From a virus, in IMG/VR virus record IMGVR_UViG_3300045988_174509: a stretch of 64,000 nucleotides of DNA; one strand, 5' to 3'. The position numbers and the translations under genes were made by a program. Below are positions 16,676 to 26,902 of the stretch, in pieces. How positions within the stretch are numbered: the first letter of the stretch is position 1; every line of letters begins with the position of its first letter. Under the pieces are notes generated by a model. The model ran no database searches. It saw only the letters and a list, made by a program, of their open reading frames with translations, and had not been told where the DNA came from.

Positions 16676-19600
16676 ATGGCTATTGATTTTTCAACCTTGG
16701 GACCCATCCAGCCTGGGCTGGATGCGCGGCAGGAAAGCCAAGCACGAGCCCGTACCAATTTCGCCCAGCGTCAGGAAGACCGCGGCAGGACAAAAGCTGT
16801 AGAGCCTTTGAAAGCGATGGCGGATTTTGATTCCCTTCTTGCCAAGGAGCTTGGCTCTCTGGAAAAAACCCAGAAGACTGAAGCCCGGCAGGAGAAAACC
16901 GAAGCCCGGGCTGAGCGAAGCGAGGCTCGTGCCGAGCGGAGTGCCGAACGTGCGGAAACCTCCTTTGAGCAGGGACAGAAGAAATGGGACTGGGCACTGA
17001 ATGACCGTGCCCGGGAAGAAGCCAACCGCGATCTTGCCAAGATTACCAAGAGTTCTACCTCAGGCATTAACGCTCAAAGCATTGAGGAGCTGGAGGATTG
17101 GGTGAAAACCCCGGAGACCGAGCTCTATGATCTGAAGACGGCAAGCTCCGATGAGAATGCACTGGGGATTATTGCCAGCCGCCTGGGGGTTGAAAAAATT
17201 GAAGGAGCTCTCCCGACCCCGACCACCAGTGAGGATGTTGAAACTCCTCCCTACTTCCTTTCCCGGCAGGGTCTGGCCCTGCGGCCCGATGGTTCCTACA
17301 TTGTCACCAACAAATTCATTGATTCGGTAGCCCGGAGCAAAGCCGATTCTTCCAAGCTTGCCTCTGCCGTTTCCAAGCAGTTGAATGCTGGCGTCAAAGC
17401 CTCCAACCGTGATGGCCTGTCCTCTACTCCCATTACCGCCACGGCTACAGAAGAAGAAATTAAGGAGATGATCGACACTATTCGTAGTGGTGACAAGAAG
17501 GTCCATGCGGCAGTAAAAGCTATCTATGATAAGCACATACCAGAAGACAAGAAGACTCAAGCGTCTGAAGCTCAAACAGAGACTGAAACCCCTGAAGCCC
17601 AGGAAGGAAAGACCCCGGTGGGGGAGCCTGGAAGTGGCGGTTCCTCAGCCGATGAAACCCCTGGTAATTTTACCTCTACGGTTTTAGATGAAGCTGAGTG
17701 GCTTGCCACGAACCCGGCCAAGTTTACCGAGCTGACCCAGCAATATCTGAACTCCCTGGTAGAGCAGGGCATGAACGCCCCGGAAGTCCAGCGGGCCGAG
17801 CTTGCAGGCCAGCGGGCGGTAGCCAGGGAGAACTATATCCGTGGCGTTGAGACTCTGCTGGAGCGCACCTTCCAGGATGTGGACCCAAAGGAAGCAGGGG
17901 AAGCTCTCCGAAATGAGGCCCGCGTGGCTGAGAAAGTGCTTGACATGTACGGCGGCGCACCCGCAGAGGCTCTGGCCCAGATTGAACGCAGGACCGAGGA
18001 GCTGGCCAAGGCACACCCCGGCAATGAAAGCCTAAGAAATCAGGACAAGGCCAAGGCTATTTACGAATACCTTGACTCCGTGATTCCCGGATTCAATGCT
18101 TCAGGGGCAGAGGCCGACGCGCTTCAGCAAATCGTGGAGGAGAATATCGTCGGGGCTACGAAAACCCCCAGCCTTAACGATGCCGCGACGGCGGCCATGC
18201 GCCACTACCGCAGTAGCCTGGGGCAGGTATCCGACATGACGGGCACCGTGATGGAAGGAGCCACGCGCTTCAACATCCCCGGGCTCCGCTATGAAAACAA
18301 ATCCGATGACGAAGCTACCCGGAATCCCCTGGAAAAAATGACCTGGGAACCCGGGAAGGGGGGCTGGAAGTTTGGCTTCAAGCGCAGTAACGGGAGCATG
18401 GAGGATTCTTTTTCCATCAGCTATGAAGGCCTGCGCTCCTACATGGCCGAGCACAAGCTCAACCAGCAGGACGCACTGAACTCCATTGCCTTCCCCACTA
18501 CCCTGGGGGATGTGGCCTACGCCAAGGACGGGCTCCTCTTTGCCAGGAACCCCTACACCGGGGAGGTGGAAGAGAATGCCACGCTGGCGATGAACCCGAC
18601 GGCTCTGTATGATAACTCCCTGTACCAGAAAAGCCTGGAGGGCCTGCGCTCTTCGGGAATGAGCGATGAAGAGATCGCGGCTGTTGACAAGAAGTATCAG
18701 GATGCCAAGGCGCGATCCGCCGCTGAGACCGTACAGGGCCTGCTCCAGACCTATTCTGAAATGCAGAGCATGGCGGAACTGACTGGCAGTGAAACGCTTG
18801 GAAAGATTCTGGAACCTGATTCCAGCGTGGACTTCCGCATTTTCCATGCCCGCATGAAGCGGGACAGGATGAGCGACACTTTTATCCTGGAGCAATGGAA
18901 CGACAAGGAAGAGCAATGGGACAGACAGGTCCAGCGTGTCATCCAGGGAACCCAGCGCAAGGCCGTTGACATGGGGGTCACTGCCGGGCTGGCGATTGCC
19001 CAGCAACTCAATGGGGTTCTGGGCCCCAGGGATTCCGCCGCGACTCTGAGCAACCAATGGAAGATTGTAAATGAATCGCGCGAAGCCGCAACCCGGGTAA
19101 CGCAAAGCAACCTGTTTACCGAATGGGGTACCGAGCTGGCATTCCTGGCTGTCCAAATGGCGGGCACCGGAGCGGCGGGTATTGCTGGCCGCACCGCAGG
19201 GGAGGCTCTTGCTACCCAGGGAATCCGCCGGGTAGCCGCGGGGATGGCCCTGCGCTCCCAGGCCGCCGCTACAGTAGCCCGCCCCGGCATTGCGCAAAGT
19301 GCGGAAGTTGCTTTCTCCCGCACGATGGAGGGGATTGTCCATGGGGCCACGCGCTCCTGGGGTGCCACTGCCGGGACCCAGGCGGCTATCTTTTCCCAGG
19401 TAGCCCCCTATGCCTATGGTGATATTTTCTCCACCCAGCTGGACCGGGCTATCAAGCACGCGGAAACCCTGCCACAAGATCAACGCGGCGCATACCTCAG
19501 TGATGCCCAGAACCTTGCCAACCTTCGCGCCACGGCGGGTGCCGTCATCGTAGGGATGGCCTCTATGGCAATCAACTCCCGCGCTGGTATGAACACATTC

Positions 19601-22600
19601 ATTACCAAGAGCGTAGGAGGTAAGACCTGGGTGCCTGAAAGCATTAAGAAATTCCGGCAGGGGAGCTCCACGATTGCCAGCAAGGTGACGGGGAACACCA
19701 CGCGGGAAAGGCTTTCCAGTTTTGGCGCGCTCTCTACCAAGGAGAAAGTGCTCTACATGGGCAACAAGCTCTACCAGGGCGGGAAGCTGGCCGTGGAAGG
19801 CGCGGCTGAAGAACTGACGGATGAATTTTCCGAATGGCTCTGGACCTCGCTGGTGAAGGATGGCTACATTGCCGAGGACCAGATCGGGACTACTGCCGAG
19901 ATTGCCGCCGCCGCCGTCAAGATTGCCGTGCTTGGTGCCATCGGTGAAGTCACGGCATCCCGGCTTCCGGGAGCCAGGGAATCCGTGCCTCCGGAAATCC
20001 TGGCACAGGCACAGCGGGCGGATGTAGGCATCAAGCCCGAAGAAACCCTGCATGCGCTCAATGCAATCTCCATAGACATGCGGACGGAACTGGAAACCAA
20101 GCAGGGTACGCTGGCCCAGACCATCGCCACTGCGGGGGACAGCGCAGTAGAAGTGCTCAATACCAACCTCTCCGAGCCAGTGAAAGCTGAATACGTGGAG
20201 GGCAACAAAGCCGTAGCCGCCAAGGCCGGGGAGATCGTGGACAACATCAGCAATGCTCCGGTTTATGTCAACGAGCTGGCCGCTGAGGTGGGAGGGGAAG
20301 CCCTGACTCCCGGAGTCCTGGAAGCATGGACTCAAAACAGCATCGTCCTCGGAGCCCAGAACGTAACCCTGCTGAGAAGCTTTGCCCAGAATCTCAAGGA
20401 AGAGATAGCCACGGCGAGCCCGGAAGGGAGGGCCCGGCTGGTAGAGAACGCCCTCTCCAACATCACGGAGCGGATGATCAACCCCACCCCGGAGAAGAAG
20501 GAAATCATGCGAAGCATGGTGGACCAGATTGCGGAGATTTACAACGAGGCTCCGGTAGAGCTTACGCAAGTGGATGACTCTCTTAACTTTATGCCCACTG
20601 GCAATGAGACGGTGGACGTAATTGGGGAAGTAGCCAGCATGGCTGGACCTGCCGCGGTGACTACTGGAGTAGCTACCGAAGCTCCGGCTCCTCCCATTCA
20701 GATTCCCCAGCTTCCCGGAGCTTCTGCCCTGGATACAAATGCCGAGGTAGAAGTATTGGGAACCCGGATGCCTGTGCGAGACATCGCCCCCGTCAAGCCG
20801 GAGCCCCTGGAATCTCCTACGGCTCCGCCTCTTGCCGAGCTGACTGATGCCTCCCTTTCCGGTCCCCTTGATTCCGCCAGCCCGGAAGCCAGGGAGTGGG
20901 CAACCCAGGTAATCACTGGCCTGGAATCCTTCGACCCGGAAACCGCGCAATGGATTACCAAGGGGCGGGAAGCCACGACCTTGACGGATGCCGAGGTTGC
21001 CCGCATGGTGACGCTGAACCAGCTTACCGGGCCTGCGGCCCCCCTTACTGTAGATGATACAGGAAGAACGCTTGTCACAGAACCTAATGCTATCCGGTAT
21101 AACAATCGCGCGCCTGCCGAAATCGCAGGTGAGCTGAACGATTACCAAAGTCAAGTTCTTTCTTTCATGCCGGAGAAATCCGGAGACGGTCTTGCCCTGG
21201 TGGATCGGTTCCTCAGCACCCAGGAAATCACGCCCCAGGAGCGCAGAGTCCTTGAGTCCGTGAGGGAGTATCTGAGAAAAAACAATCTGGGATTCGGGGT
21301 TTCACGGATTCATACCGACATGATTGAAAGCTGGAATGCTCCGGCCCTGGTTGACTTTGCCGACCCGGACTCTCCGCTCATGGTTGTCAACACTTTATTT
21401 GCCCCGGTTGCCGGGGACTTCAAAAACACCTTCATCCATGAGGCCGTGCATTTGGTGGACCAGCACCAGCGGATGACCAACCCTGACTACGGGAACCAGC
21501 TTCGCAGTATGAAGCTGGCTCTCCGGGAAAACTGGAACGAGCTGGTGGGCATCCTGGAAAAGGAAAGCCAACAGGCCCCGGATAATGAGAGCAGGCTGGC
21601 GATAGAAACAGCGATCGAAGACATGGCCTATGGCCTTGACATCAGTGAGGCCCAGGCCGTGGCGAACAACGACAATGAATTCGCCTCCGTGCTTCTGAGC
21701 AACCCGGTGTTCCGCCATCTTGCAAGTCAGATGAAAGAAGGAGGAGAATCAATTACATTTGAAGACCTTTCCTCCCCGGCTACCCTGGCGGCCCTGGCGG
21801 AGTCAGTAACCCCTCCGTCTTCTTTCCTTGGCCGGGTATTTGAAAGCCTGAAGAATGTCTTCAATAAAATCCTTGGCCGCTACAAGAACCTGGAAAAGGA
21901 TAACTTCTCCCTGCTGAAAGACATGGGCGAAGAGTGGACGGCATGGAAGGAGCGGCATTCCGAGGCCGCGCGCAAGCTGGATGAGGCGGCACCCTTGGAT
22001 GGGAGCCGCTGGCTGATACCGGATGATCCCACAGCCATGAAGAACACCGGGTATCAAGATGCCGGATTGATCCTTCGCACGCAGGGCCAGCAAATCCCCA
22101 CTCCTACCGCAGACACAGGAACCGCCTTCTCCCCTACCCGCTACGGATTCATGGGGGAAGTGGGAGGCAACCTGGGTGAGAACTGGTTTAACCTCACCAT
22201 GGCTGGGGCGCGGCAAGCCGCTACATGGTTCAACATGGGCGCGGCCAAGTTCGGCTATCAGAAAGCGATCAACAAGCTGGACTCCCAGCAGGTGCCTGTC
22301 TTTACTGAGCAGGATTCCCTGCGGGTGCGGGAGCAGATGACGGCCCAGGACATGGGCCAGCGTTATGTCATCCAGCAGGTGCACCAGATTGCCAACTGGG
22401 TCAATGCCATGAAGCTCAAGCCTGAAGAGCAGAAGTCCCTGGCTATTGCTATCCGGGACTACGTGGGCAACACGGACAACCTTGCTCGGCCCAAGGAAAT
22501 CCAGCGCATTTATGCGGACACCCAGACCCAGCTTCAGCAGGCCGCCGTGGACCGGGACCGGGCCGTGGCCGCCGCCAAGGAGGGGGTTGTCAGGACCAAG

Positions 22601-25600
22601 GCCGCCTATGAGAAAGAGCTTGCCGCCATTGTGGGGCGCATCCGTGAGAGCACCAGCGAAGGAGTGATCCTTGGCCTGCGCTCTGGGCTGGACACTGCGC
22701 GGAGATTCATCCGCGACAAGTCCATGCCGCCCAAGAACGATGCGCTGGCCCAGATGCAGGCTCTGATGATAGCACGCCAGCAGGAAGTGAACCAGATCAA
22801 CGAGCAGGTCAAGGCATTCAAGGCCGCTTCACCCGAGTTTGCCGATGGAGTGGACTTGCTCCGCCGCGAAGTAATTGCGAACCTTAACGAGGCTCTGGCC
22901 GGGGAGCTTGACCTTGCCGCTCGCCAGATTTCCCGTGACCTTGCCGAGGGGGAAACCTCTCCGGTAGAACTCCTGAAGGAAATCCGCAACAGCCTCGGGC
23001 TCAAGGATATAGGGAAGCTCGGAGACATGGGTTCCGCCATAGAAAAGGCCGTGAAGAATTACCGCAAGCTGGCCCTGGCCTCCGCTCCTGAAGCGGCGAA
23101 TGCTTTGCACAATATAGCACTGGCCCAGGAACGCGCAGGCCGGGAGATCGCCCAGGCGAACGCCGTCTATGAGGGACGCACCCGCCGTGCTGGCTATGAC
23201 AGCAAGGGGATTTACCATCCTGCCGGGACCATCTACCAGAACCGGGACTTCCGCATTGAGCAGGAACAGCGGCACATGCAGGCCGAGTACCTCAAGAGGA
23301 GGGAGCGCGCCAGCGAATTGCTGAACCAGTATCCGGCCATCAAGCAGAGGCTCACCCGCGCCCGCAAGCAGATTGCCCAGAACCAGTATGACATCTACAG
23401 CTTCCTGGGGAGCGAAGCCGGAAGGCTGAGCGCGGCGGACATGAACTGGCTCCATCGCACCTACCTTGCCGTAGGCGCGGGGAATGCTGACGCTTACCGA
23501 AAGGCCATGATGGAAGCCCTGGAAAATCCTCAAGGCAAGAAGGTTTCCGAGTACCAGCTTGCCCGGATTTACAGTGCCACCCGTGCCTACATTGAAGAAA
23601 ATAATTCCAAGGTGAACGGGTATATCAGCACCGTGGTGGACCGGATGAAGAACTATGCCGCCCTGTATGACCGACTCACTGATTCCGGGATTCAGGTTGA
23701 CGGGAAGCCCTCCACCTACTCCGACCTGTTTAAGGGAATCCCCGGCGTGGAATCCTTACAGCAGGGAATCCTGAAATTCCTGAATGAGAATTACAGTGAA
23801 ATGCAAATCTTGTCGGACCTGAAGCACGGGGACAACATGGTGGAAATCGTGGACAAAGCCCTGGCGGTATCCCGGTATCTGGGAGACCAGCATCCCGGGG
23901 AAAGAAAGAAGCTGAGGGACCAGCTCAACCAGATCAAAAGGCATCAGGCCGACTACGCCAGGGACGCCTTCCTGCTGGAGAGCATGGGGGTAGAAGAGCA
24001 TGACCTCCGGGGGTTTATCACCAGTGCCGAAGACACAGCGGAGCTTGCCGCCCGGCTGGAACAAACCGGATGGGTGGATTCCCGGACGGTCAAGACAATC
24101 ATGGATGCTCCCGAGGCTACCATGAGCCAGCGGGTGACAGCGTTGATAGACTACCTTCGCGCCAAGGCGGACCTTCAGATGCAACGCCTGGGTCTTGGCT
24201 ATACCATTGACCCTGAAAAGCTTACGTCGATGAACCGGACAAGCCTCCGAAAAGGGATGGTAGAACTGGCAAACCAAGCCTTCGCCTCCACCCTCAGCAA
24301 GAAGAGGAGCACGGAGAACCCGCTGGCCCTTCGGAAAAACCTGCCGCTCTCCGAGCGCATCATCCTGGGTGAGCTGGGTGATGCCAGCGTGTCGGAAGCT
24401 ACCGGATTGATTGAAGCATCCCTGTCCTACCAGAAGGATACGCTGGTCAACACCGTCATGAGCGATGAAGCGGCCAACACCTTCCTGAAGCTGGGACTGG
24501 TGACGGCCCGGCCCAAAGGTGATGAGGATGTCCTTCTCTCCTTCAAGAATTCCCACAGCAAGCTCAATGGGACGTATGCCAGCCATGAACTGGCGGACTC
24601 CCTTTACCGAATCTTCAGGCCTACAGATGACGTGATGGCAAACGAAAGCACATGGCCCGGCATCAAGAAATACTGGAGCACCAACTCGGTGGGCACGATC
24701 CAGAAGCTGGGAGGCATGGCGAACATCGCCGTGCTGATCAAGTCCCCGGCTTCCACGCTTCGCAACCTCTATGGTACAGCGATGCAGGGGATCAACTCCG
24801 GCATTTGGTTCCCGGCTTATGGGCTCAAAGAGGTAAGCGGGATGGCCGTTGATCTGGTCCGCATGTGGAAACTGGAAAGGGCGGCCAAGGATAATACGCT
24901 GGCCGGAAGGGAAGCCCAGGAAAAACTCCTGGAAGCTGAAGAACGGTGGTCAAAAAAAATCAAGCACTACTATGACCTTGGCTTGCTGGACAATGATACC
25001 ATGCAGGTGTTCCGCAATCTCTGGAAGAGTGAAGAATTCCAAAAGGCCATAGAAGGAAAGATTGATCTGACCCTGGATGAATCCGATGGGCTTACAGACA
25101 TTGTGGTAGGGGACCGGAAAGAAAGGACGCTGGCAAACCGGACGTTCCGGTTCCTCACTACAGGGATCATGAAGGGGGCGACCGTGGCCTACAGCATCCC
25201 GGATGCCATGGCAAAGATTGCCAACTACACCCATGAGGTACGCAACAGCAGGAACCTGATGGCCGTGCAACTTGAGCGCGCCAAGCTGACGGAAGAAAGC
25301 AAGCGCACCCCATGGCAGAAGGAGCTGGTAGAAGCCAGCGCGGACGAGAATAAATGGAACGCACTGGTGGAACACACCGCGGCGGACCGGACGAAGAACC
25401 TGTTCCCTACGGGGACGCGCACTCCGAAATGGGTGAAGACCGTGGGGCTTGTCGCCCTTCCCTTCTTCATGTTCCAGTATCACACCGCCAACTCGGTGGC
25501 CTACAACCTGGGCTACATGGTGCAGGAATTGCAGGAAGGAACCTGGGCTCTCCGAAATGGGATGACCAAGGAGGGGAGCAAGCTGATGGCCAAGGCTTTG

Positions 25601-26845
25601 AGCCGGGCGGCGGGGACTGCCGCCGCCGTGGTAGCCCAGGAAGAAATCCTCCGCTTCCTCTTCCAGTTCATGGCCCAGGGTGCCCTCAAGCTTCTGGATA
25701 AGGACGATCAGGTCCAGCTGATTACCAACGCAGAAGTCATGAAGACCGCATCCAGGCTCGGACTGATCCCGGACTACGACAAGTTCGGCACCAACCTGGG
25801 GTTCTTCAACAAGGGCACGGGGCGGTGGAGCTACATGAACCTGGAGTATGCCGCTCCGTTTAAGAACGTAGCCTCCCTGGTCAGCAGTGCCTGGAAGATG
25901 GCAACGGCGGAAGATGAAGGAAAGAAAGAAGGCTGGGATGAAATGGAGAACCTGATGGAGAGCACCATAGGGAGCCCCTCCATGCTCCTGTCTCTGATGA
26001 ACACCTACCTATTCGACCCGAACGACAAGTTCAACTACAAGGCCGCGCCGGAAAAATCAGGGAACATCAGCCTTGCGGATGCCGTGGGGAATGCCGCCCT
26101 GATTTCCTTCGGGTTCCAGCCAAGCCTGGGACATGGCTACACCTACAAGCCCCTGGAGCGGATCGCTACGGCGATCAACAAGGAGACTCCCGTCTGGTCT
26201 GCGGTTTCTTCCATCCTCCACCAGAGCTTTGAGGATGATCCCAACAACGTGTGGTATGAAACAGCCCTGAAGCATGCGGGGTTTGGCATGCGCCATGGCA
26301 AGTCCTTTGTGGATGCCGCCGCCAACGGGGTGAAGACCGCCAAGGTTTCCGACAACCACGCCAAGCGGCTCCGTGTTCTCAGTGAAAGGTATCTGGATAT
26401 TCCTATTGACACCCTGAAAGAGTTCACTACCTTTGACATAGCCCAGAGGAAGGAAGCCTATGCAGACCTGGGGAGTACGCTTAACGGGATCAAGGCCCTG
26501 ACTGAAACACTGTACGGAACCACCGCCGGGCGCACTGCCTTCCGGGATATTCTTGACCGGAGCAATGTCAGCCTGAAGACTGCGCGCTGGGCCATGCGCG
26601 GAGTCATGCCGGAGGTGATCACCAAGGACGCAGTAGTGAGTGCCTTTGAACGGCTGGACCGTGAAGCCCGGAAGCCGGGAACCAGTGAAGCCCGGAAGCC
26701 GGGAACCAGTGAAGCCCGGAAGCAGAGAATCCAGGAGCAGAAGAAACTCATCCGCCGGGTTTACCGGGAACGGGGAGTCAAGGTAACAGACCAGATGGAA
26801 TCTGCAAGTACGTATAAAACGTTATTTAAAAATCTGGAGCAATAA
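16676..26845 (+). CDS. Giant (~3,390 aa) Ala-rich coiled-coil protein with an internal HExxH motif; candidate virion-packaged/ejected or tape-measure-like protein
   Basis: Single uninterrupted ORF. N-terminal EAR(A/Q)E(R/K) repeats, a central FIHEAVHLVDQH motif and C-terminal EARKPGTS x2.6 repeats. The ATG at 16676 is preferred over the track's TTG at 16622, which lies inside the upstream terminator. Confidence 0.6.
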   Translation: MAIDFSTLGPIQPGLDARQESQARARTNFAQRQEDRGRTKAVEPLKAMADFDSLLAKELGSLEKTQKTEARQEKTEARAERSEARAERSAERAETSFEQGQKKWDWALNDRAREEANRDLAKITKSSTSGINAQSIEELEDWVKTPETELYDLKTASSDENALGIIASRLGVEKIEGALPTPTTSEDVETPPYFLSRQGLALRPDGSYIVTNKFIDSVARSKADSSKLASAVSKQLNAGVKASNRDGLSSTPITATATEEEIKEMIDTIRSGDKKVHAAVKAIYDKHIPEDKKTQASEAQTETETPEAQEGKTPVGEPGSGGSSADETPGNFTSTVLDEAEWLATNPAKFTELTQQYLNSLVEQGMNAPEVQRAELAGQRAVARENYIRGVETLLERTFQDVDPKEAGEALRNEARVAEKVLDMYGGAPAEALAQIERRTEELAKAHPGNESLRNQDKAKAIYEYLDSVIPGFNASGAEADALQQIVEENIVGATKTPSLNDAATAAMRHYRSSLGQVSDMTGTVMEGATRFNIPGLRYENKSDDEATRNPLEKMTWEPGKGGWKFGFKRSNGSMEDSFSISYEGLRSYMAEHKLNQQDALNSIAFPTTLGDVAYAKDGLLFARNPYTGEVEENATLAMNPTALYDNSLYQKSLEGLRSSGMSDEEIAAVDKKYQDAKARSAAETVQGLLQTYSEMQSMAELTGSETLGKILEPDSSVDFRIFHARMKRDRMSDTFILEQWNDKEEQWDRQVQRVIQGTQRKAVDMGVTAGLAIAQQLNGVLGPRDSAATLSNQWKIVNESREAATRVTQSNLFTEWGTELAFLAVQMAGTGAAGIAGRTAGEALATQGIRRVAAGMALRSQAAATVARPGIAQSAEVAFSRTMEGIVHGATRSWGATAGTQAAIFSQVAPYAYGDIFSTQLDRAIKHAETLPQDQRGAYLSDAQNLANLRATAGAVIVGMASMAINSRAGMNTFITKSVGGKTWVPESIKKFRQGSSTIASKVTGNTTRERLSSFGALSTKEKVLYMGNKLYQGGKLAVEGAAEELTDEFSEWLWTSLVKDGYIAEDQIGTTAEIAAAAVKIAVLGAIGEVTASRLPGARESVPPEILAQAQRADVGIKPEETLHALNAISIDMRTELETKQGTLAQTIATAGDSAVEVLNTNLSEPVKAEYVEGNKAVAAKAGEIVDNISNAPVYVNELAAEVGGEALTPGVLEAWTQNSIVLGAQNVTLLRSFAQNLKEEIATASPEGRARLVENALSNITERMINPTPEKKEIMRSMVDQIAEIYNEAPVELTQVDDSLNFMPTGNETVDVIGEVASMAGPAAVTTGVATEAPAPPIQIPQLPGASALDTNAEVEVLGTRMPVRDIAPVKPEPLESPTAPPLAELTDASLSGPLDSASPEAREWATQVITGLESFDPETAQWITKGREATTLTDAEVARMVTLNQLTGPAAPLTVDDTGRTLVTEPNAIRYNNRAPAEIAGELNDYQSQVLSFMPEKSGDGLALVDRFLSTQEITPQERRVLESVREYLRKNNLGFGVSRIHTDMIESWNAPALVDFADPDSPLMVVNTLFAPVAGDFKNTFIHEAVHLVDQHQRMTNPDYGNQLRSMKLALRENWNELVGILEKESQQAPDNESRLAIETAIEDMAYGLDISEAQAVANNDNEFASVLLSNPVFRHLASQMKEGGESITFEDLSSPATLAALAESVTPPSSFLGRVFESLKNVFNKILGRYKNLEKDNFSLLKDMGEEWTAWKERHSEAARKLDEAAPLDGSRWLIPDDPTAMKNTGYQDAGLILRTQGQQIPTPTADTGTAFSPTRYGFMGEVGGNLGENWFNLTMAGARQAATWFNMGAAKFGYQKAINKLDSQQVPVFTEQDSLRVREQMTAQDMGQRYVIQQVHQIANWVNAMKLKPEEQKSLAIAIRDYVGNTDNLARPKEIQRIYADTQTQLQQAAVDRDRAVAAAKEGVVRTKAAYEKELAAIVGRIRESTSEGVILGLRSGLDTARRFIRDKSMPPKNDALAQMQALMIARQQEVNQINEQVKAFKAASPEFADGVDLLRREVIANLNEALAGELDLAARQISRDLAEGETSPVELLKEIRNSLGLKDIGKLGDMGSAIEKAVKNYRKLALASAPEAANALHNIALAQERAGREIAQANAVYEGRTRRAGYDSKGIYHPAGTIYQNRDFRIEQEQRHMQAEYLKRRERASELLNQYPAIKQRLTRARKQIAQNQYDIYSFLGSEAGRLSAADMNWLHRTYLAVGAGNADAYRKAMMEALENPQGKKVSEYQLARIYSATRAYIEENNSKVNGYISTVVDRMKNYAALYDRLTDSGIQVDGKPSTYSDLFKGIPGVESLQQGILKFLNENYSEMQILSDLKHGDNMVEIVDKALAVSRYLGDQHPGERKKLRDQLNQIKRHQADYARDAFLLESMGVEEHDLRGFITSAEDTAELAARLEQTGWVDSRTVKTIMDAPEATMSQRVTALIDYLRAKADLQMQRLGLGYTIDPEKLTSMNRTSLRKGMVELANQAFASTLSKKRSTENPLALRKNLPLSERIILGELGDASVSEATGLIEASLSYQKDTLVNTVMSDEAANTFLKLGLVTARPKGDEDVLLSFKNSHSKLNGTYASHELADSLYRIFRPTDDVMANESTWPGIKKYWSTNSVGTIQKLGGMANIAVLIKSPASTLRNLYGTAMQGINSGIWFPAYGLKEVSGMAVDLVRMWKLERAAKDNTLAGREAQEKLLEAEERWSKKIKHYYDLGLLDNDTMQVFRNLWKSEEFQKAIEGKIDLTLDESDGLTDIVVGDRKERTLANRTFRFLTTGIMKGATVAYSIPDAMAKIANYTHEVRNSRNLMAVQLERAKLTEESKRTPWQKELVEASADENKWNALVEHTAADRTKNLFPTGTRTPKWVKTVGLVALPFFMFQYHTANSVAYNLGYMVQELQEGTWALRNGMTKEGSKLMAKALSRAAGTAAAVVAQEEILRFLFQFMAQGALKLLDKDDQVQLITNAEVMKTASRLGLIPDYDKFGTNLGFFNKGTGRWSYMNLEYAAPFKNVASLVSSAWKMATAEDEGKKEGWDEMENLMESTIGSPSMLLSLMNTYLFDPNDKFNYKAAPEKSGNISLADAVGNAALISFGFQPSLGHGYTYKPLERIATAINKETPVWSAVSSILHQSFEDDPNNVWYETALKHAGFGMRHGKSFVDAAANGVKTAKVSDNHAKRLRVLSERYLDIPIDTLKEFTTFDIAQRKEAYADLGSTLNGIKALTETLYGTTAGRTAFRDILDRSNVSLKTARWAMRGVMPEVITKDAVVSAFERLDREARKPGTSEARKPGTSEARKQRIQEQKKLIRRVYRERGVKVTDQMESASTYKTLFKNLEQ

Positions 26846-26863
26846 ATCCTTTACAAGGACAGG

Positions 26864-26902
26864 CGGCTTGGTATCCTTCGGGGTATCAAGCCGTTTTTAT
26901 TA
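26864..26902 (+). terminator. Intrinsic terminator after the giant gene
   Basis: 13-bp stem cggcttggtatcc/gggtatcaagccg with a UUCG tetraloop, then TTTTTATTA. Confidence 0.7.

Noticed and set aside
18101-21154. 1,017-aa ORF on the - strand inside the giant gene. Other long antisense ORFs: 56195-59008 (937 aa, antisense to the portal), 44819-46216 (antisense to the DNA polymerase), 40648-41679 (antisense to the primase), 15070-16032 and 11809-12795
   Set aside because: All lie antisense to strongly supported long + strand genes. They have Arg/Gly/Pro/Leu-rich compositions typical of shadow ORFs in GC-rich coding DNA, with no independent motifs, promoters or RBS. Their pervasiveness reflects codon bias (avoidance of TTA/CTA/TCA) in the sense genes.
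16676-26845. Giant ORF as an N4-like virion RNA polymerase
   Set aside because: The size fits, but I could not find T7/N4 motif B (Rx3Kx7YG), motif C (HDS-like) or DxDGD. I left it as unassigned giant virion or polyvalent protein; a profile search is needed.
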